This document shows positions 8,948-15,476 of a DNA stretch of 61,414 bases, in pieces; within the stretch, counting starts at the first letter, position 1, and every line of letters starts with the position of its first letter. The notes beneath the pieces are model-generated. The model did not search any database and was not told where the DNA came from. It saw nothing but the letters and a program-made list of their open reading frames with translations. The stretch is taken from positions 1 to 61,414 of IMG/VR virus record IMGVR_UViG_3300027733_000059, one strand, 5' to 3'. This DNA is from a virus (lineage: Duplodnaviria; Caudoviricetes). Both the position numbers and the translations under genes were made by a program.

Positions 8948-9645
8948 TTAGTTTCCTTTGGCTTTTTTTTCTTAGGATTCATAATTGTATCAACGTGAAC
9001 ATCTGTAGCAGTCGGGTCGTTTTTTTCCATATCTACATATAGGCGCTCTGCTCGTCCACCAATTGAATAGCCAAGGATTTCCCCACGTTGAATCTTTTCC
9101 CACGCCCAATCCTCCCAAATAACACCAAGAAATACTGTGTTTGCTGGATAAGTATGATTGACCATAATTCCGCTTGGGGTTGTAATTGGAACTGTTAGTT
9201 CGTATGGAAATGCCATAACTTCAACCCACTCACCTGCAACAATGTCGCGATTATGTTGTAATCGAATACGACGGTCATTGCTTCGGACATAATCCCAAAC
9301 TGCTCTTTGCAACTCCTCGGCATCTGTCCACTCATTGTGTGCATCGAGACGGTCAGGAATATACATAGCGCCAAGTGTGTATTTCTTTTCGCCTTCAGCC
9401 TTAGATACTTCATAAGAGCCGATTGATTTAGCAACATCATTGAAGGCAATTGGGAAAGCCTTTTGAGCCAACTCGAAAGTAATCTCTTCGAGGTTGGCTT
9501 CGCCATCTACTAAATACTGTGCAATATAGGTACTCGGGGTCCAGTTAGGCGCATCCCAGCGCTCTTCAAGGATTCGGTTAGATTCGACATTGAAGCGCCA
9601 CAGAGTATGTGGCTCATTACGGTAAAAGTTTACAAAATATCGCAA
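8944..9645 (-). CDS. Prohead serine protease (XkdF-like) with an N-terminal immunity-like domain
   Basis: YIPDRLDAHNEW...LQH...WEKIQRGEILGYSIGG; probable TTG start at 9645 after GGAGG. Confidence 0.8.
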   Translation of the reverse strand: MRYFVNFYRNEPHTLWRFNVESNRILEERWDAPNWTPSTYIAQYLVDGEANLEEITFELAQKAFPIAFNDVAKSIGSYEVSKAEGEKKYTLGAMYIPDRLDAHNEWTDAEELQRAVWDYVRSNDRRIRLQHNRDIVAGEWVEVMAFPYELTVPITTPSGIMVNHTYPANTVFLGVIWEDWAWEKIQRGEILGYSIGGRAERLYVDMEKNDPTATDVHVDTIMNPKKKKPKETK

Positions 9646-9649
9646 TTTG

Positions 9650-11854
9650 TTATGCCCTCCTCTCAGGGGATAGTTTACCAACCCCAGTTGATTTTATCAA
9701 GCCAGCCTGTTGAGCCGTCTCGAACTGTTGCATAATCAAAGTACCGACGCCAAGAATAGTTGCATAGTTAGATGGGCGAGGAACTCGGGTCGCTATCTTT
9801 ACCATTCTGTCCCAAGAACTACGGCGCTCGCCATCATCTGTGGATTTTCTGTAAATCTCATAAATATCGTGAAGAGCCTTTTCCTTAACTTGGAATGACT
9901 TCGGAGTATGAATCTGTAGTTCAACTTTAATACCATCGCGCTCTGCCTTTATGTTTACACCATCATAAGGGTCGCCTGATTGCCAAAAATTCTTAACTCT
10001 AACTTTCCATCCAGTTGCTTCAAATGCTGTAACGGCAGATTGCAATGTACCTGCGTAATCGGCATCTTTAACTGAAAGTGTGTAACGGTTGGCGTCAGAG
10101 ATTTCTTCTGATGCTTTCTTTCTATCACCTTGGTATCCCTGCTCGGCGTCTAAGTCAATCTTTCGAGCAAGAGAATCTGTAGATTTAACTCTTTGTGAAA
10201 GACCTTCAAGTTTTGCGCCTGACTGTTGTGCAATGCCTTCAACTAATTTTGTAATTACTGGTTCTGCTGCAACTGCTTTCTCACGAACTGCGCGAGCAAG
10301 TGCAATTGCTTCTTTTGATTGCCCCTGCTCAGGTTCTTTATCTGCAACCATATTGTTAGCCCACGCACCGTGCGTCTTTTGGTCGTGCGAGCCGTGCTTT
10401 TCAAGAGGTTCCCAAATAAATGATTTTTTAGCAGGTGCGTCAATTGCTTGACCTTCAAAACCATTATCCGCAGCCCACTTTAACGAAATATCTAATGCTT
10501 CTTTTGCATTTATTGACAGACGATAAACAGGCAACTCAGTTCCAGGATTATCAAAAGAAAAAGCAACAGCAGCGCCCCAAGTATGGTGTCCATCAATAAC
10601 ATAACCATCTTTAGAAATGAGAATTCTTTCATCTTTTGGAATCTTGCCATCTTCTTGAAATTTATTGTAAATGGCACCTGAACGAGAAGCGGAAATTTCT
10701 TTCTGAACTGGCTTTAGGGTTGTTGGGTCAATTTTTTCTTTTTCGGCGGTAACGCCTTGTTCGGCTTCAATCTCTGCCAAAAAGCGAGCGCGTTCTTTAC
10801 CAGGAATTTGAGGCATATCTTTGCGAGCAATTCCCATACCCTCATCGCCATAGAGCAATGTTCCCTTGATACTTAACTCTGTTAAGTCAGGGTGGTCGGT
10901 TCTCTTAGATGCCTTCATTAAAAATGCGGATAAGTTTTCAGGCTCAACTTCAGGGTGTCCTCCAGCCAAGATTTCCTCAGCGATTCCATCAGCCCAACTG
11001 CCGTGAGTTTTTTGGTCGTGCTTTCCTGGATTATGTTTTGCAACTTCTTCTTTCTCGGCGCGAGCAACCATTGACTCAGCCCACGCGAATCCTGCATCTC
11101 CGCCCCAAGCGTCCCAAGCGACTCGACCCGCTGACGGATAACCCTTTTCTCCTTGGCTAAATCCAACTGCGTTCTTATCAACTTCGTGACGAGAAAAGAA
11201 AGATTTCATACGCTTTAAAGTATCTAGTGAGATTGATTCACCTGATGCTAACTGTGATGCACGATGACGACCAACTGAAGTGAAACCGCCTCCAGCCTTA
11301 CCCTCGCTAATCCAATCAAGCGCACGGCGAGCAGCATCTCGAACTGTTTTTGGTGGAGTGTTATCTGCCTTTGAAAAACGGTGAATTTGGTCAAGGCGTT
11401 CTTGAGCCTTTTCCTTTGATGGATAGGTTCCAAACTTGCGTCGTCCCGTCGAATCATAAACCGTGAACTCGCCATCCTCTTCACGAATCATTTTCTCAAA
11501 TGGGTCAAGAGGAATCTCAATTGGCTCGATACGCATTTCATAACCTTGAGAAGTTAGGAAAGTCTGTACATTGCCCACATTGCTACCGCTGGATTTAATA
11601 ACCTCTGCGACCATATCGGCTGGTAACGAAGAGCCAAGCGATGTCAGGTCTACGTCATTGATTGAATCAACGAGGATTTCATAGGCATCCCAATCATCCT
11701 TTGGAGCCTCCATCTTGCGACGAGCCAACTCATTGAGGATTGTGTGGTGAACTTCGATTGTCGCTGGTGAGGCTTCAGACTTATGGATACGCTGATGCAG
11801 CGCGAGTAGTCTCTCAGCGCTTAAAGAAATTAACTTTGGGGCTATATCCGCCAT
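9650..11854 (-). CDS. Tagged polyprotein 4: small head-associated domains, ParB/Srx-like module, RelA/SpoT-like alarmone synthetase module
   Basis: ILISKDGYVIDGHH; RVKSTDSLARKI...DANRYTL...YDGVN...ELQIHT; two HDQKTHG tags. Confidence 0.8.
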   Translation of the reverse strand: MADIAPKLISLSAERLLALHQRIHKSEASPATIEVHHTILNELARRKMEAPKDDWDAYEILVDSINDVDLTSLGSSLPADMVAEVIKSSGSNVGNVQTFLTSQGYEMRIEPIEIPLDPFEKMIREEDGEFTVYDSTGRRKFGTYPSKEKAQERLDQIHRFSKADNTPPKTVRDAARRALDWISEGKAGGGFTSVGRHRASQLASGESISLDTLKRMKSFFSRHEVDKNAVGFSQGEKGYPSAGRVAWDAWGGDAGFAWAESMVARAEKEEVAKHNPGKHDQKTHGSWADGIAEEILAGGHPEVEPENLSAFLMKASKRTDHPDLTELSIKGTLLYGDEGMGIARKDMPQIPGKERARFLAEIEAEQGVTAEKEKIDPTTLKPVQKEISASRSGAIYNKFQEDGKIPKDERILISKDGYVIDGHHTWGAAVAFSFDNPGTELPVYRLSINAKEALDISLKWAADNGFEGQAIDAPAKKSFIWEPLEKHGSHDQKTHGAWANNMVADKEPEQGQSKEAIALARAVREKAVAAEPVITKLVEGIAQQSGAKLEGLSQRVKSTDSLARKIDLDAEQGYQGDRKKASEEISDANRYTLSVKDADYAGTLQSAVTAFEATGWKVRVKNFWQSGDPYDGVNIKAERDGIKVELQIHTPKSFQVKEKALHDIYEIYRKSTDDGERRSSWDRMVKIATRVPRPSNYATILGVGTLIMQQFETAQQAGLIKSTGVGKLSPERRA

Positions 11855-11885
11855 ACCGCAATGATAGCGGATAGGTTTACAACTG

Positions 11886-12032
11886 TTATTTAGTTTCTTG
11901 AACTGAGGTTAGTTTTTGTTCCACTACCTTGTCCAAGAAAGCAATCTCGTTATCGTCAGGCAAGCCTTCCATCTCAACAGGCATCGAGGCGTGAAGTTTT
12001 GATAACGCGTCTAATCTATCTTGTCTGCTCAT
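11886..12032 (-). CDS. Unannotated 48-aa protein (MSRQDRLDALSKLHASMP...)
   Basis: ATG 4 nt after the 12037 stop; fills the intergenic gap; no strong RBS. Confidence 0.55.
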   Translation of the reverse strand: MSRQDRLDALSKLHASMPVEMEGLPDDNEIAFLDKVVEQKLTSVQETK

Positions 12033-12036
12033 AGGG

Positions 12037-14670
12037 TTAGTTTACCGCAGGAGCGGGCTTTTCGCGAGGGGTGCCGTCGTAGACCAAGCCATCACCATCA
12101 CGGTCAATTGGACCCTGTTGGATTGTGCGACCTTCTTGGCTCAATCCCTTTTGATACTTCATATTGAGGCTATCTAGCAATCTTGCCCCAGCCCAAGAAT
12201 ACACGGGCTTGCCAGTAATTTGATTAGTGCCTGTCTCAAATCTATCGCCATACCCAATCATCAAGAAATCATTTGGAATAGGGAAATCATCCGAGTTAAT
12301 TGTTTTTGTTGAACCGCGGAAGGTGGTTGATGTTGGGTCATATTCTGTAACCATTTTTGAAACTAAAGAATCAAACTCAACTCGGTTTGCTGAACCCTCT
12401 GCAAAATCAGCGGAATTGTACATTCTGCCTTTTATCAACTCTCGCACATTTTGACTCATATATCTTTCATCAAAATCAAAACCTGATTTAGCCCAATGGC
12501 GAGCGCCATCCCAGGCTGTACCCACATCAATTCTTCCAATTCCCACAGCCACATACCAAGCCTCTTGTTGGGCTATAAACTTTGAACCAAATCCAACTCC
12601 AGCGTAATCATCGTCCATTTTGAATAGGTCGTGTTCAACAGCCCAAATTTCATTGCCATCCTTATCTTGGCTTCTATAGAAACTGCGTTGGAACTCACCA
12701 GCAGGGAAACCAGCATCATCCGTAACTTCGCCTTGTACGACTAATCTCTCGCCATCAAGATAAATGTTTGTTGTCGATGAACTAAGGGTTGTGGCAACTT
12801 CACCCTGAGCATTTTTTACTTCATAGGTCATTCCAAAAACTTCATCGAACGGACCGTGCAAATCTTCAGGATTAAATTCTTCGCCACCATTTTGTTCTTG
12901 CCACAATTGCGCCAAGGTTCCATCATCGCTTTCGATAAATTCCTGAACCATTTCGTCTTGAATTTTTTCGTAAAGGCGGTTTCTTAATTCTTCATTTGCT
13001 TTGTCGGTAGCCCCTTGGTCCTCATACTCATATTTTGCTTCCTGGAAAGCCTCTTCAACTCTTTCATCAATACCATCAGTTGCTTGGGCATACATTCCTG
13101 AGTCATTATTAACCATAAGTGTTAAATCTGACATATCAGCCTGTTCCGCAGGGGTCAGAGCGTTTTCTAAATCTTCTAATGAAGGACCAACGCCATCCAT
13201 TGTGTTAATTAGTGCTTCATCTTCCGCGGAGACACCACGCGCCCAATTACCGTGACTAGATTGGTCGTGTTGTTCGTGCTTTAAGACTGGCTTTAATCCA
13301 GCAGCAAAACGAATAACTTTAATCTTTTGAAATACCGCTGGAACGGACCAAAACTCTTCAGGGAGCAAGGCAACCTTTTGGTCAGCGAACTGCTTGCCTC
13401 TGTTATTAAAGAATGAATTCTGTCCGCGTGTTTCTGTTGTTAGCGCAGCGCGAGCCTTTTCTGTAAACATCTGAGAGTGGTGAACCCAAGCAGCCTCTTC
13501 GCCATCTTGACCAAATCCTCGACCAGTAGCAGCGTGTCCAAAGTAATCGTGAACTGCTCGGAATTTATTGTTTTGTGTATCTGAGAAAAGCGGGTGTGCG
13601 CCTGTTGTCTCTGTTTGCAAAACCTTTAACACCCCACGGCTGACATCATCAAACATTTCCTTTGATGTCTTATATGGGTCCTCTGCAACGAACTCAACCT
13701 TGACTCCTAGAGTCTTGGTCATAAAATCAAACTGCTCTTCTACTTCAGATGCCAGCGCTTCGTACTCATCGACTGCATCTCTATCCATCTTCGGAAGATT
13801 CTCATAGACATCAGCGATACGCGCTGCTCGTTCGCGATTGGCTACAACTTTGGTGTAATCAATTGTTTCGTCAGGATTTAAACCTTTTTTGAAAGCGTAT
13901 TCTTTTGCGCCATCTCGGGCGCCCTTGACTGAATCGGTTGGGTATCTATCCCCTGCCCAATTACCGTGAGTTGCTTGGTCGTGTTCACCTTGTCGGTGTT
14001 TTTGGACCTGGTACCTGCCAAGGCAGATATGGGGATTTAGAGATTGCCCTCTATCGCTTGCAAGATTTCGTCCACGAAGGCGTCCTTCTCCTTCTCGGTC
14101 ATTTCCTTGACTGGCTTCGGAGTTTCCACCAAGACGGGCTTTGTTTGTTCGCTCATCGACCTCATCCTTCATATAAATATACGAGTCATTGATGACATCG
14201 TAGATTGCTTTTTGTTCGTTTTTAAATCCTGCTCGTACACCCTCTGACCGAGAACTGTATCTTCTCGAGACATCTAAGTAAAGTTTTCCTTCCTCAACCC
14301 AAGCGCCGAAGAAACTGCCCTTGTTATCAAGCAACTCAGCGTGGTCGTTGATGTAATCCCTCAAAGCAGTCCTCAAAGCAGCCCTAGAAGCCTTCAGAGG
14401 CGCGAAATCAAGCACTCTCTCGGCTCCTACATCAGAGGCGATAAAGCCATCTTTAGCAGATTGTTTGGTGCGGATGTCAATGCTGAATCCAGGAGTTTTT
14501 TTCTCACTCAACTTGTCTATCAATCCCGTGATAGTTCTACCTTCAACGGTTTGCCCATCAACTGTGAGGTTTGCCCAATTACCGTGAGTCTTTTGGTCGT
14601 GCGAGCCGTGCTTTTCAAGGACGAGAGAAAGCCCTTTAGAGGATGAGTATTGAAATTTTTCTAGGTTCAT
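12037..14670 (-). CDS. Tagged polyprotein 3: unknown module, HDYFGH module, acidic linker plus GNAT-like module
   Basis: Three tags; RAVHDYFGH...GEEAAW; YAGVGFGSKF...GARHWAKSGF resembles GNAT motifs A/B; probable start MNLEK (ATGA overlap with 14667..15476). Confidence 0.8.
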   Translation of the reverse strand: MNLEKFQYSSSKGLSLVLEKHGSHDQKTHGNWANLTVDGQTVEGRTITGLIDKLSEKKTPGFSIDIRTKQSAKDGFIASDVGAERVLDFAPLKASRAALRTALRDYINDHAELLDNKGSFFGAWVEEGKLYLDVSRRYSSRSEGVRAGFKNEQKAIYDVINDSYIYMKDEVDERTNKARLGGNSEASQGNDREGEGRLRGRNLASDRGQSLNPHICLGRYQVQKHRQGEHDQATHGNWAGDRYPTDSVKGARDGAKEYAFKKGLNPDETIDYTKVVANRERAARIADVYENLPKMDRDAVDEYEALASEVEEQFDFMTKTLGVKVEFVAEDPYKTSKEMFDDVSRGVLKVLQTETTGAHPLFSDTQNNKFRAVHDYFGHAATGRGFGQDGEEAAWVHHSQMFTEKARAALTTETRGQNSFFNNRGKQFADQKVALLPEEFWSVPAVFQKIKVIRFAAGLKPVLKHEQHDQSSHGNWARGVSAEDEALINTMDGVGPSLEDLENALTPAEQADMSDLTLMVNNDSGMYAQATDGIDERVEEAFQEAKYEYEDQGATDKANEELRNRLYEKIQDEMVQEFIESDDGTLAQLWQEQNGGEEFNPEDLHGPFDEVFGMTYEVKNAQGEVATTLSSSTTNIYLDGERLVVQGEVTDDAGFPAGEFQRSFYRSQDKDGNEIWAVEHDLFKMDDDYAGVGFGSKFIAQQEAWYVAVGIGRIDVGTAWDGARHWAKSGFDFDERYMSQNVRELIKGRMYNSADFAEGSANRVEFDSLVSKMVTEYDPTSTTFRGSTKTINSDDFPIPNDFLMIGYGDRFETGTNQITGKPVYSWAGARLLDSLNMKYQKGLSQEGRTIQQGPIDRDGDGLVYDGTPREKPAPAVN
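14037..14156 (-). CDS. Candidate overprinted 39-aa ORF nested out of frame in polyprotein 3
   Basis: MSEQTKPVLVETPKPVKEMTEKEKDAFVDEILQAIEGNL; AAGGA 8 nt upstream of ATG. Confidence 0.5.
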   Translation of the reverse strand: MSEQTKPVLVETPKPVKEMTEKEKDAFVDEILQAIEGNL

Positions 14671-15476
14671 TGTTTTACCAATTCTATATCCCAAACCTTG
14701 CCACGTTGAGCAACGACTTTAAACTTACTTCCTCGAGGCATAAGGAACTCAGCCTCAGTCGTAGAAGGTGTCCATCCATACATAGGTTCGTGATAGCCCG
14801 CAGGAAAGATTCCTTTTGTACCAGCGGGTAACTTCATACGGAAAACTAAACCGTCGTAATAAGGTTGAGAACCGCCAAATTGTTGAGCAACTCCAGCATC
14901 AATTGTCGTGGAGGTGTAGCCCTTATCTTCCCAAGTATCTCCAACTTTGAGAGTTTCAAAAAACTTTAATCCGTTGCCTTTGACTCCCCGATAGGTAACT
15001 AACTCCTCGGATAGCGGTGGAGCAACATCCATCGCCTTATCAAGTAAATCAATTGTAGATTTATAGCCATCTTCACTTATCTGAGGGTCGCGCAGAGCCT
15101 CATTCATATCGTAGCCAAGGCGACTTTCATAATTGCTTATCGCTCCTGAAAACTCAGGATGAGCAGCCTCGGTGAAACCCTTTAATCGTTGGCTAAATAG
15201 TTTCTCCATAAAATAAACTTCTTTATCTGTATCAGACGCAAAAACTTTTATTTCATCTTTGAACCAAGCAGCAAGATTTTCATAATTGCCTGAAGCCCAG
15301 TTACCGTGGGTTTTTTGGTCGTGTTCACCGTGCTTTCGAACTTCTTCTTCTTGAGGTTTAGGAATTAAATCAGGATGAATTGGGTCAATAATTTCCCAGC
15401 CGTAATCTTTAGTCTCCAAGAGGTACACCTGCCTCTCTGTAAGCGGTCTCAAGTCCGTCTGCGAAACTTGCTCCAA
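14667..15476 (-). CDS. Tagged protein 2: ADP-ribosyltransferase (VIP2/C3-like R-S-E type)
   Basis: MNEALR...TYRGV...KGYTSTT...EAEFLMPRGSKFKV; one tag; probable TTG start near 15419. Confidence 0.85.
   Translation of the reverse strand: MEQVSQTDLRPLTERQVYLLETKDYGWEIIDPIHPDLIPKPQEEEVRKHGEHDQKTHGNWASGNYENLAAWFKDEIKVFASDTDKEVYFMEKLFSQRLKGFTEAAHPEFSGAISNYESRLGYDMNEALRDPQISEDGYKSTIDLLDKAMDVAPPLSEELVTYRGVKGNGLKFFETLKVGDTWEDKGYTSTTIDAGVAQQFGGSQPYYDGLVFRMKLPAGTKGIFPAGYHEPMYGWTPSTTEAEFLMPRGSKFKVVAQRGKVWDIELVKQ

Noticed and set aside
8944-8975. A-AAA-AAG slippery site at the protease C-terminus as a -1 fusion to the next gene
   Set aside because: The -1 frame hits TAA immediately before the next ATG, so no fusion results
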